Shown here: piece by piece, positions 34,801 through 43,167 of the stretch
Numbering within the stretch: position 1 is the first letter of the stretch
How the letters are laid out: each line of letters starts with the position of its first letter
Origin: Gracilinanus agilis
Lineage: Eukaryota
DNA length: 57,521 bases
Direction of reading: 5' to 3'
Assembly (NCBI RefSeq): GCF_016433145.1
Contig: NC_058134.1
Coordinates: forward strand, 308,312,621-308,370,141
The notes under the pieces: model-generated
Database searches by the model: none
Seen by the model: the letters and a program-made list of their open reading frames with translations, nothing else
Told to the model about the DNA's origin: nothing
Translations under genes and position numbers: made by a program

Positions 34801-37091
34801 GCGGCTGTGGGCCGGCCAAGACATCCAGAATAGGCCGAGCCCACAGAGCGAGCAGTCCCACTCGCCTAGAGGTCAGGGCAGGCCGAGGGGCCTGGTGCGA
34901 GGCTGCGGGGGGCCTGGGCAGGCAGGCACAGAAGACTCGATTGGTGGGTCCTGAGCGGCCTGCGCGGCTCTGGGAGGTCAGCGTAGAAGGAAGACGTGTT
35001 CCTCCGGCCCAGACGGGAAGGAGCAGGGGCTAAAGTCCGGGGCCGGACAGCGCCGTCCTGGGGCTTAGCAGGGGAGGATGCACGAGGCGGAGGGAGGAAG
35101 CCGCCATTACAGCGCGCCCAGCCTGGCCAGGCCGCGAGGACGGGGCGGGGAGGTCTCACGGCGCTCTCTTCCAGGTTCACTACAACGAGTTCATCCCGCT
35201 GTTCGAGAAGCAGTACCCGGAATACCCGTGGGATAGCGTGCAGGTGGGTGAGCCCCAGGGCCTGGGGAGCACGAGGGTCCTCGGCCCATGTAGTGACGGA
35301 GAAACTGAGGCTCCCCGAGAGACGAAGATCAGCCAGGACACGGCCGGTGCTAGCCGGCCGACTGCTTTGTGACACGGGGCTTGGCACAGAAGGTTCACAT
35401 CGATGATCTTCTCGGGTCCTCAGGAAACAAGCCCCTTGTTGGGCTCCGTGCCAGCCGTCAGAGGGCATTTTGCCCCCAGACGTCCTGCCCTTTGGTCCTC
35501 GCAGGAGCCCGCTTAGTAAGCGGGGGGGCGAGGGGACAGGCAGAGACTTGGGAGAAAGCACCCCAGCCCCCCAGGAATGAAGGCGGCAGGTTCCCAGCCC
35601 CCGAGCCAGGGGGCTGCAGCCGTAGCCCGCCAGCCTCGAAGCCCCTGACTGGGCCTTTCATAGCAGATGAGAGCTGTCCAGCCCCAATTCCAGGGCGCCC
35701 CAGGCCCCCCCTCCTCGAGCATTTATGCCAGCCTTCCCTTCTCAGATTGAGATCTTCAAAGCGTTCCATGAGCTGTTCCAGGCGGCCACTGCCAAGCCCG
35801 CGCCGCTGGGCATCTGCGACTACCCGGCGTCGAGGGCCGTGTATGCCATCGACCTCATGCTGAAGTGGGACCACCTTCCTCCTCCTCACAGTAAGAGAGA
35901 AGCCCTCCTGCTCCCCCATCCAGTCACTCTCGACCCTGGGCCTTTGCCCCGTGCCAGGCTGGCATCATCTCAGTAGGGGCTCTGGCAGTTAGGAGTCTGT
36001 TGGGGGCTAGAGGGCAAAGGGCAAGGGGAGAGAGTTGGCAGGAGCTGGGCACATGGGCAGCCACTCGCCCAGGGTTAAACTGCTAAATGTGGGGCCGAGC
36101 TTCAGGCCAGGGGCTCCTGCCCACCCATCTGGGTCTCTGCCCAGGCGAGCTGCTCCAGGGCACCCAAGCCCAGAAGGCGCAGCATCCCCAGGGTTTGTCC
36201 GGGACTGTGGATGCTGACCGGGCAGGGCTGTGCAGGACGGACGTGGATCTCTGGGAGGGCCGAGCTCTCTGGAGCCTCTTTTCCTCCCATCAGACGCCTC
36301 CCGAGCCTGTATTGGCCTGTGTCAGGGCCCTTAGCGGGGAAGGGGATGGACATAGGACTTTGGCCTTGAGGAAAGTGGGCAGGCAGGCAGGGCCCTGGAC
36401 AGAAATGGGACATCGGGGAAGAGAAGGGTGTCAGGTTGGGATGGAGATGCCGGCAGGACATCCATCATGAAATGGCAGTGACCCCCCGGAGCGCAGCCCC
36501 ACTCAGGGCACATGGGCCGTCCAGCAGTGTCGGCCTGGAGGTCACAGCCGGCCCTGGAGAGGGCAGGAAGGGAAGAGCGAGGGCCGCCGGGCCGGTAACC
36601 AGAGAGGGAGTAGAGACACAGACAGATGTGTGTGAATGTGTGCGCGTGCACACACAGGGGGAAGGAGCCGGGGCGGGGGGGGCTGGCCTTGGGGGAGTCA
36701 CGGAAGAGACAGTGGGGGCCTTGGGGCCCGGAGACGAGGGCCAGCGAGGGCCCCTCTGCAGAGACGTGGCTGTGAAGGAAGCTAAAGGCTTTGAGGCACC
36801 AGGACTCCCCAGGACAGTCTGAGCCAGGGGGAAGACAAAGGGGCCAAGGACTGGGGGAAGCAGGCAGGAAAAGCAGGCCTCTAGCACAGGGTGGGTGGCA
36901 CCGGGCCCCCCGGGGTGACCCACTTGTACCTAACCCCAGGGAAGAAGGTCATGCAGCCCCAGATCCTGGAGGTGAACTTCAACCCCGACTGCGAGCGGGC
37001 CTGCAAGTACCACCCGAGCTTCTTCAACGACATCTTCTGCACCCTGTTCCTGGACGAGACAAAGAATTGTCACGTGACTGGCCTCGTCTAG
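13724..37091 (+). CDS. TTLL12: Tubulin tyrosine ligase-like 12, spliced CDS of 14 exons, 1902 nt, 633 aa
   Basis: join(13724..13855,17116..17291,20518..20716,23191..23350,25306..25439,29236..29312,32615..32731,32929..33123,33339..33450,34006..34157,34438..34519,35175..35243,35746..35890,36940..37091). All introns GT-AG, phases compatible, no internal stop. Peptides such as [50 protein letters not shown] and [14 protein letters not shown] match human TTLL12 as recalled. Confidence 0.97.
16539..16624 (-). pseudogene. Inverted partial copy of TTLL12 exon 2 (86 nt) in intron 1
   Basis: Reverse complement aligns to 17143-17245 with 77 of 86 nt identical, including a perfect 19-mer atcatgcaagtggaggaag. 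Confidence 0.9.
17116..17291 (+). CDS. TTLL12: TTLL12 exon 2
   Basis: ctcag|ATATTC; [15 protein letters not shown]...ANDPN; AG|GTAGGT. Confidence 0.95.
20518..20716 (+). CDS. TTLL12: TTLL12 exon 3
   Basis: tttgaag|C; [10 protein letters not shown]...NQTYQLSQG; GGG|GTAAGA. Confidence 0.95.
20937..21078 (+). mobile_element. hAT MITE family A, 142-bp copy in TTLL12 intron 3
   Basis: Same termini and internal motifs (ctttccagaaaaaatattacttag; gctgcagcaccc); flanks CTCTAGAG / CTCTAGGC. Confidence 0.8.
23191..23350 (+). CDS. TTLL12: TTLL12 exon 4
   Basis: [21 protein letters not shown]...LRDLETG; G|GTGAGT. Confidence 0.95.
23460..24600. mobile_element. Ancient L2-like remnant (similar patches near 16430-16780, 18690-18900, 19340-19920)
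   Basis: Purine-rich degenerate L2-like motifs, recognised by eye only. Confidence 0.4.
24745..24888 (-). mobile_element. SINE1_Mdo-like partial copy, TTLL12 intron 4
   Basis: gaagagtagtaagggctaggcaatggggttaagtgatttgccc; tttgaacccaggacctcccatctcc. Confidence 0.7.
25306..25439 (+). CDS. TTLL12: TTLL12 exon 5
   Basis: cacag|AG; [10 protein letters not shown]...SEEHYQ; CAG|GTAGGG. Confidence 0.95.
25952..26110 (+). mobile_element. MER3-like hAT-Charlie MITE remnant
   Basis: caggggg...acctttttt...cctatggacccc...ataatgattttaaatgcat...gacccaggttaa resembles MER3 as recalled. Confidence 0.5.
27145..27262 (+). mobile_element. SINE1_Mdo-like 3' half, TTLL12 intron 5
   Basis: gtgaccctgg...cttgacccccattg...cagtattgattctaagatggaag plus A tail. 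Confidence 0.7.
28158..28341 (-). mobile_element. Young SINE1_Mdo-like copy nested in a Mar1-like SINE (about 27990-28400)
   Basis: Perfect 14-bp TSD atcatacaactatt at 28144-28157 and 28342-28355. Confidence 0.88.
28805..28983 (-). mobile_element. SINE1_Mdo-like copy
   Basis: Body motifs as in other copies. Confidence 0.75.
29236..29312 (+). CDS. TTLL12: TTLL12 exon 6
   Basis: cccag|GCC; [11 protein letters not shown]...DHIF; AG|GTAGGT. Confidence 0.95.
29363..29546 (-). mobile_element. Young SINE1_Mdo-like copy about 50 nt downstream of the TTLL12 exon 6 donor
   Basis: TSD ctcccttc(a/g)ttttt at 29354 and 29547. Confidence 0.88.
30464..30630 (+). mobile_element. SINE1_Mdo-related copy, TTLL12 intron 6
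   Basis: gggcagctg...cagtggatagag...gggttcaaat...gcaagtcacttaacccc. Confidence 0.7.
32615..32731 (+). CDS. TTLL12: TTLL12 exon 7
   Basis: cctag|G; VYTDLQQV...NFSHFKDY; AG|GTAGGA. Confidence 0.95.
32929..33123 (+). CDS. TTLL12: TTLL12 exon 8
   Basis: ttgcag|G; [17 protein letters not shown]...YFQQRER; AG|GTACTT (alternative in-frame donor 6 nt downstream). Confidence 0.9.
33339..33450 (+). CDS. TTLL12: TTLL12 exon 9
   Basis: cgcag|G; [16 protein letters not shown]...RESSPK; AAG|GTCAGG. Confidence 0.95.
34006..34157 (+). CDS. TTLL12: TTLL12 exon 10
   Basis: cccag|GTG; [12 protein letters not shown]...WLRFSN; CG|GTAATC. Confidence 0.95.
34164..34397 (+). repeat. G-run minisatellite filling TTLL12 intron 10
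   Basis: 33-bp unit gggtccagggtgggcctggggagggcctgagga exact at 34288 and 34321, with degenerate copies either side; roughly 30 runs of 3 or more G. Confidence 0.9.
34438..34519 (+). CDS. TTLL12: TTLL12 exon 11
   Basis: cccag|G; [27 protein letters not shown]; CAG|GTGAGG. Confidence 0.95.
35175..35243 (+). CDS. TTLL12: TTLL12 exon 12
   Basis: tccag|GTT; [23 protein letters not shown]; CAG|GTGGGT. Confidence 0.95.
35746..35890 (+). CDS. TTLL12: TTLL12 exon 13
   Basis: ctcag|ATT; [12 protein letters not shown]...[13 protein letters not shown]; A|GTAAGA. Confidence 0.92.
36940..37091 (+). CDS. TTLL12: TTLL12 exon 14 (coding part)
   Basis: cccag|GG; [17 protein letters not shown]...CHVTGLV, TAG at 37089-37091. 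Confidence 0.95.
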
Positions 37092-37265
37092 GGGGGCTTC
37101 CCCTTGGGCTTTCTTTCTGACGTGTCCGGCAGCAGCCTCTCCCTGTCCTCCGAGCCGCTGCTCTGCCACGCGTCGTCCCTCGGGCAGAGAAGAGAGCCGA
37201 GCCTGACGGGGCAGCCTCTGACTGCCACGGCTCGGCCCGGCCCGGCCCAGAGTGCTCTGTGGCTC

Positions 37266-37476
37266 NNNNNNNNNNNNNNNNNNNNNNNNNNNNNNNNNNN
37301 NNNNNNNNNNNNNNNNNNNNNNNNNNNNNNNNNNNNNNNNNNNNNNNNNNNNNNNNNNNNNNNNNNNNNNNNNNNNNNNNNNNNNNNNNNNNNNNNNNNN
37401 NNNNNNNNNNNNNNNNNNNNNNNNNNNNNNNNNNNNNNNNNNNNNNNNNNNNNNNNNNNNNNNNNNNNNNNNNNNN
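37266..37476. other. Assembly gap (211 N) in the TTLL12 3' UTR
   Basis: Run of N. Confidence 0.99.
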
Positions 37477-38405
37477 CTGTCGCTCTGCCCTTCATGTTGA
37501 CTCTGATGCTGAATGCTGTCCCGCCGGCATCCCCCCAAGGGGGGCCCCTGGGAGGAGTGGGAGGCTCTCGGGACGCCCGTCCATCTGATGGGCTGCCGAG
37601 TCCTCGCAGCGTCCAAGCGGACGCCTCTTATTCTGCATGTCTGCGTGTCCGTCTGTGTCCTGGGACAGCCACATCCCTTCCCTGCCAGCCCGCGGGGCAG
37701 CGCTCGGCCCCCCCACCACAGAGGGGGCCCCCTCCCGACCATAACGTGGGGGTGGGGAGGTCCTCGCCAGGCCGCGGGAAGCCGTCACCAGCAGGCTGTG
37801 CCCCCGTCGTGTTGCCGGTCCCCCGAGTGAAGGACTGAGTTTTTGCCAAAGAACCTTTTGCCGGGCGGCGCTGGGTCTGCGTGTGCTTCCGGGCCGCTCG
37901 CGGGCGGCGCTTCCCACAGGTGTTGGAGTCTGGGTGGTGCTCGTAGACCCGTTTTACAGATGAGGAGACCGAACAGAAGCTCCCGAGTGGGTCGGTACCG
38001 GGGCCGGGCCCAGACCTCGTCCCAGGCCCTGGTTTCCCTCACTGGCTCGTGCCCGCCGCCTCGATTCCGAGATTCCCGGTTCTGAACGTGCTCTGGACCG
38101 CCTGGGTTTCTCTCTGTCTCGCGCACCAGAACTACTTTTTAAACATAAAGTCATTTGTAGAAGGTTCGGAAATCTTTAATTTTTAGTCTGAGCTCTCCAT
38201 CGGGTCGTCCCGTCTGCCCTTGTCTAGCCGGATGCTCGAGGTGAGGTAGGAGGCCGAGCCGGGGCCGCCTCCATCGGCCCTCCGCAGAATGGGGGTCCTC
38301 AGAGGGAGGGGACGGTGCTGAGGTTTTCTGGGAGAAAAATGATCATTGGATGTATTGGGCCCCTCCCTCCCGGGAGAGCTGTTCTTGGCCCAGACGGGTC
38401 GTCCC

Positions 38406-38411
38406 AATAAA
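38406..38411 (+). terminator. Probable TTLL12 poly(A) signal
   Basis: First AATAAA I found after the TTLL12 stop (outside the N gap), followed by GT/T-rich gtctgtttgatccgtccgtctgt. Confidence 0.7.
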
Positions 38412-39164
38412 GTGCTGCGTCTGTTTGATCCGTCCGTCTGTCCTCGGTGTTCCATCAGGCTGTGGGAGGACCTCCGGGGACTCCTGCCGAGTTGTCCTGG
38501 CAGCGCCGCATCCCCTTCCTTCCGCCCGAGCAGATGGCAGCCTCTGGGGTGCCAGGGCAGCGGGCGGGCACAGGACGAGCCCCGCCACCCCGAGGCACTT
38601 CCTCTCTTGCACAAACAGAAGCACACCCAGAGGCTACAAAGGACTGAGGCTCCCTGCCGAAGGAAGGCCGGAAGAGGAGGCTTGTGTGTGGAGGGAGAGA
38701 GAGTGGGTGCAAAGGCCTGTGCTAGCGAGGGGGCACCGGGCAGAGGAGTGACCCGCTGATGTGGGGAGGGGGCTTGGAGGGCCCAGCCAATGCCCATGGA
38801 AGGAGAACTCGCATAGGGCCCTCTTACTAGCCCAAGGGACCAGGAGAGAAGCAGGGGAGGGCGTGAGGGCCCCATGATGGAGACGCTTTGGGGGGCTGCC
38901 AGGTGGGGGCTGACTGCCAGAGAGGTATTTCCCTTCCCTGCCACCAGGCCAGGCCAGGGAGACGTGCCATGCATGGGAAGAGCCCAAGGAGCAAAGATGG
39001 CACCGTTTTCCAACCTGATAGCATGGCAGAGGCCCACAGAGAAGAGGGGAGTGCAGGGTTTGGGGGGCCCAAGGCTTCATTCCAAAACCCCCAGGCTTTG
39101 TGAATGGGCATTAGGTAAAGAGCTGATGTGGAAGGAGGAGCGGGATCCGCATTGTTCTCTAGAG

Positions 39165-39280
39165 CAGGGGCTCCCAAACTTTGGCCTCCCGCCCCCTTTC
39201 CAGAAAACGCATTACTTGGCGCCCCCTGGATCGCTGCAGCACCCAGCAGGGGCGGGGGGCACCCACTTTGGGAATCACTG
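39165..39280 (+). mobile_element. hAT MITE family A, 116-bp copy between TTLL12 and TSPO 3' ends
   Basis: Same termini; left flank CTCTAGAG. Confidence 0.75.
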
Positions 39281-39614
39281 GACTAGCAGAAGCTGCCCAG
39301 GCAAACTGGGGCTGGAGAATAGGAAAGCATTCCTAGCCGTCGGGGTAGTGAGCTGCCCAGTGGAGTGATGGGGAAGAGGGGGATGGAGTCCTCCGAGGTC
39401 TGCCAGCAAGGGCTGAAAAACCGCGAGCCGGCTGTGTTTCAAGGGGGCTTTCTTAGGGGTGCGGCTTGGACCAACCAACCCCCCGCCCCACCCCACCCCA
39501 CCCCAGACCAGTATCTGGCCACACAATGGCCGGACACTGTGCGAACTTAAATGAGTGTCTGAGAGAACCAGGATCTCCTCCCCATCAAAGGCACCACAGT
39601 ACACGGTGTAGAAC

Positions 39615-39620
39615 TTTATT
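39615..39620 (-). terminator. Probable TSPO distal poly(A) signal
   Basis: TTTATT on plus = AATAAA on minus, about 365 nt past the stop, followed on minus by GU-rich gtgtactgtggtgcctttg. Confidence 0.7.
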
Positions 39621-39674
39621 TTGCGTGTAAAAGTTGGGGCCGGTGAGCCACTAGAGCAAACCAACACGGCGCCC

Positions 39675-39771
39675 CGTGGGGCTCGGCGGAGCTTCGTGGG
39701 GCTCGGCGGAGCTTCGTGGGCCTCGGCGGAGCTTCGTGGGCCTCGGCGGAGCTTCGTGGGGCTCGCGGAGC
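39675..39771. repeat. 20-bp minisatellite, 4 full copies plus 1 partial, in the TSPO 3' UTR
   Basis: Unit cgtggg(g/c)ctcggcggagctt at 39675, 39695, 39715, 39735 and partial at 39755. Confidence 0.95.
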
Positions 39772-39981
39772 CCCGGGTCGTTCAGAGCGCTGGGGCTAGG
39801 CAGGGCCTGATCTTCCTGTTAGATCTTCAGACACGGTAGGGAGCGTGTAGGGGGAGGCCCTGCCTACAGAGAGGGTGTGTTCTCTGCCAAGCCGCCCCCT
39901 AATGAGGAGCCCCGAGTCGGCTTTACGACACCCTCGTCTCGCTTCCGAGGCCCATCTCAAGCCCCGAAGCTGCGGCGCCCC

Positions 39982-39987
39982 TTTATT
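39982..39987 (-). terminator. AATAAA overlapping the TSPO stop codon (possible proximal poly(A) signal)
   Basis: Minus strand GAA TAA AGG contains AATAAA; no clear downstream GU-rich element. Confidence 0.3.
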
Positions 39988-40165
39988 CCGGATGACGGCG
40001 ACGCTTGCCCTTGTTATCCCGCCAGACGCAGTAATTCAGGGCGGTGGCCATCGCCATCCAGGCCAGGTAAGGGTACATGAGGCGGGAGGCCGTCGGGCTC
40101 ACGGGGTGCCAGGACAGGGTGGTGGCCACTGCAGCCCCGCTGGTCAAGATGATCTCCACCAGGCC
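39983..40165 (-). CDS. TSPO: TSPO exon 4 (coding part)
   Basis: ctttctgcag|GGC CTG GTG; ends ...RRRHPE TAA. Confidence 0.95.
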   Translation of the reverse strand, partial: GLVEIILTSGAAVATTLSWHPVSPTASRLMYPYLAWMAMATALNYCVWRDNKGKRRRHPE

Positions 40166-43100
40166 CTGCAGAAAGAGGAACACGAGAGTCACTGGCCCGG
40201 CTGCCAGGACCCCGAGGGGCAATTTCTAGATCCCCTCAGCTCAGAGAGACTCCCTCCTCTCCCCCGGCCTCCACTTTCTCAGCTGTCAAATGGGCATGAC
40301 AGAGTTTGTCCTGTGTGCATCACAGCACAGGGGATTATGGGAAACACACTTTGGGCCAGATCTGGAAGGGAGGGGAATGTCCTTGGAATCGGCTCAAACT
40401 CAGCCGCTGCAAGAGGCCTTTCTGGGTCTCCCCGAGACGCCCCCGCTTTTAGCCTGTGCCCGCCTCGTGTGGGCACACTGCGCATGTCTCAATTCCTCCA
40501 ACGGAGATCACAATCCCCCCAGGATGATCCCAGAGAATCCCCTCCCCCTGCCCGGGCGGCCACCCTCTGGCCGTGAGCCCTCCGTCTCCAGCTCATCCCA
40601 GCCCCAGATGAGAGGCACGGAGGAGGCCGTCACGCCCTCGGCCCTGCGTTGCCCACCAGAGAACCGGTCACGGCCCAGCTCTTCACATCTGCCCACTCCC
40701 GTAGAGCCCGAGTCCAACTTACCCAGCCCATTTGGTGCGCACCAAAGAATAAGGGAGGCCAGGCCCAGTTGAGGGCCAGCTGCCCGGCGTAGAGCCCCAG
40801 GGGCACCAGGGCCTTCTCGGTGAAGCCCCCCAGCTCCTTCCAAACCAGGTAGGAGCCGTACCTGAAACAGAACACACCAGAAGGAGGTGAGCGCCCTGGA
40901 GGGCAGGCACGATGCCCCCAGGCAGACGCCCCCAGAGGCTCTCTGCCTTCCTTTTCTCTGTTCCACTTTCTCTTATTCGGAAAAAGTTTCCAACATTTCC
41001 CAAAGAATGTCGAGTCTCAAATGCTGTCCCCGCCACACTCGGAGCGGCCCCTTGGGAGGGGGAGCCATCTCGGCTAGTTCTTACCCAGCGAGAGTCACGC
41101 AAAACACGTTACAAAAATATTGAGAAAGGAAGTGAAAGAAGTTTGCTTGGGTCTGGCTTCGGACGCCAACAGTTCTCTTTCTCTAGAAGCAGATTTTGTT
41201 ACACCCTCACCTTCCTTCTTAGGATCAACACTGTGTTCTAAGGCAGAATGGTCAGGGTGGGCCATGGGGGTCAAGTGACTTGCCCAGGGTCACCCAGTTG
41301 GGAAGTGTCTGAAGCCAGATTGGAACCCAGGACCTCCCGTCTCTAGGCCTGGCTCTCCATCTGAGCCACCCGGCTGCCCCCTGGTTTGGGGGGGGGGTTA
41401 TGACTCCTTTGGGATAGTTTGGATCCCTGGATGGCTGAGAAAAGCCGTTATTCACGGTTGTTCATCCTACAGTACTCCTGACACTGTTCAGTGTTCTCCT
41501 GGTTCTGCCCGTTTCACTCTGCTTCAGTTCCTGGAAGTCCCTCCAGGCTTTTCTGAGCTCCTCCTGCTCGTCATTTCTTACAGCACGACAGGATTCCGTC
41601 CCAGTCGTGGACTAGAACTTCCTCAGCCATTCCCCGGTTCCTGGGTGTCCCCTCGCCTTCCAAAGCGTCGCCCCCCTAAAGAGAGCCGCTGGCGGTGTCT
41701 TTGTCCGCACAGGTGCTTCCCTTCTCGGCTTTAATCTCTTCGGGACGCAGACCTAGTCATGGGATCACTGCTGGGGCGAAGGATACGGCCTGTTCTACAG
41801 CCTGGGCTCAAGGTCCAAACCGTTCTCTGAGCTGCCCGCAGTGCGTCTGCGTGCCAGCTTGCCCACATCCCCTCCTGCTCTGCCGTGAGAGGCCGCCCTG
41901 TGTGGCTGTCATACAGTCCCTGCGGGACAGACGTCGTCGTTATCCCCGTTTTACAGAAGGGGACACGGAGGCCCCAAACCTCCCTCCCAGACGCCAGGAT
42001 TTTAATTCCCTGCCTGGATCCAAATGACAGACCAGAATTCCTGAGTGGGAAAATCAATTAGAAATCAAATAAATGGACGTTTATTTTAAATGTAAAAATA
42101 AAATGGACAATAAATTAGAAAATAAAATCTTAGGGCAGAGAACGTTCAAGCTGGAAGGGGCCTTCAAGGCCACCTAGTCCAACCTCATCCAAGAGCTCTC
42201 CTTTCTTCGTGCTTCCAGGCTGGCAAAGCGCTTTGCAATATTGCCTCTTGAGGCCCTCCCAGCCACCCCGGGAGACACAGGCTCTTGTGAGCCCATTTTA
42301 TGGGGTAGGAAACCGAGGCAGACGGAAGTGAAGTGACTCACCGATCGTCAGACAGCTACTGTCTGGGGAAGGATCTGAACTCGAGTTTTCTTCAACTCAA
42401 GTCTAGTCCTCGGCCTGCTGTACAACCCAGCAGCCCCCTGATGCTGCACACAAGGGAACTGAGGTTCCGTGGGGGTGGGGGCGGGAGTTATTGCAAGTCT
42501 CCGTGTAAAAAAGGACGCTGCTTCTTCTTATTTTCCAGAGGAGGAAGCTGACATTTGTGCAAGATCGCAGAGCAGGTCACAGAGCCCCAGACGCCAAAGT
42601 GAGCTTTCTGCTGTCTCCGTGCCCTGCTTTACGGATGCCCTTTTGCGTCGGTGCCCCCAGCCTCGAAGGGAACCCTCTGTGGTCAGTAAAAAGTGCAGCT
42701 GAGCGAAAGGAGCCTCTTGGAGCACCCGGAGCCACCACGGCGTGGCGGGCAGCTTCGGCCCCAAAGGGCCCACCCTTCCCCTCCGTCGTCCCAGGCTGCT
42801 TTGACGCCCAAGACCTCGTCAAAACTAAAGCCGCCCAAGCTTCGCACAGGTTACTTTGGGAAGTACTGAGCTCCCCATCCCTGGAAGTATGCAGGCAAAG
42901 GTCGAATGCCCCCCTGCCGTTCCTGTGCCAAGTGGGAAGGGACTCCCGACTGCGGATCTGGGATGTCGACCGAGGCCCCACCTACCCCATCGCCGTGTAC
43001 AGCGTCCCCCAGACGGGAGCCAGCGTCCAGTAGGGCGGATGCCACGATGGCTGCTCCAGAGTCGCGTACCACGTGGGCACCTCGCGGCTGGTGATCCGGG

Positions 43101-43167
43101 AGCCCAGAATGCCGCCGACGCTCGGGAACAGCGTGAAGCCGACCGCAGGGACCCACGGGGGCGCCAT
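39983..43167 (-). CDS. TSPO: Translocator protein 18 kDa, spliced CDS of 3 coding exons, 504 nt, 167 aa
   Basis: complement(join(39983..40165,40723..40861,42986..43167)); 182+139+183 nt. MAPPWVPAVGF, PSWHPP, YGSYLVWKELGGF, QLALNWAWPP and LNYCVWRDN are TSPO signatures. Ala147 and the CRAC residues L150/Y152/R156 are present. Confidence 0.97.
40723..40861 (-). CDS. TSPO: TSPO exon 3
   Basis: tttcag|G TAC GGC; ends TGG|GTAAGT; 139 nt. Confidence 0.96.
41195..41380 (-). mobile_element. SINE1_Mdo-like copy, TSPO intron 2
   Basis: Body motifs as in other copies. Confidence 0.8.
41400..41725 (-). mobile_element. LINE-1 ORF2 3' fragment, strongly GC-enriched
   Basis: Reverse complement aligns by eye with 4581-4790 (ggggaatggctga; gaactga.gca.agtgaaa..gcagaaccaggagaaca). 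Confidence 0.8.
42986..43167 (-). CDS. TSPO: TSPO first coding exon (exon 2; acceptor puts exon start at 43181)
   Basis: minus strand ctttttcag|AGAACCCGCCGGACATG; ends ATGGG|GTAGGT. Confidence 0.95.

Noticed and set aside
36632-36657. Alternating purine-pyrimidine tract tgtgtgcgcgtgcacacaca (Z-DNA-prone)
   Set aside because: About 20 bp, common in mammalian introns
31651-39368. Many long overlapping ORFs (up to 284 aa) on both strands
   Set aside because: Expected from stop-codon scarcity at high GC; Pro/Gly/Arg-rich low-complexity translations with no recognisable domain
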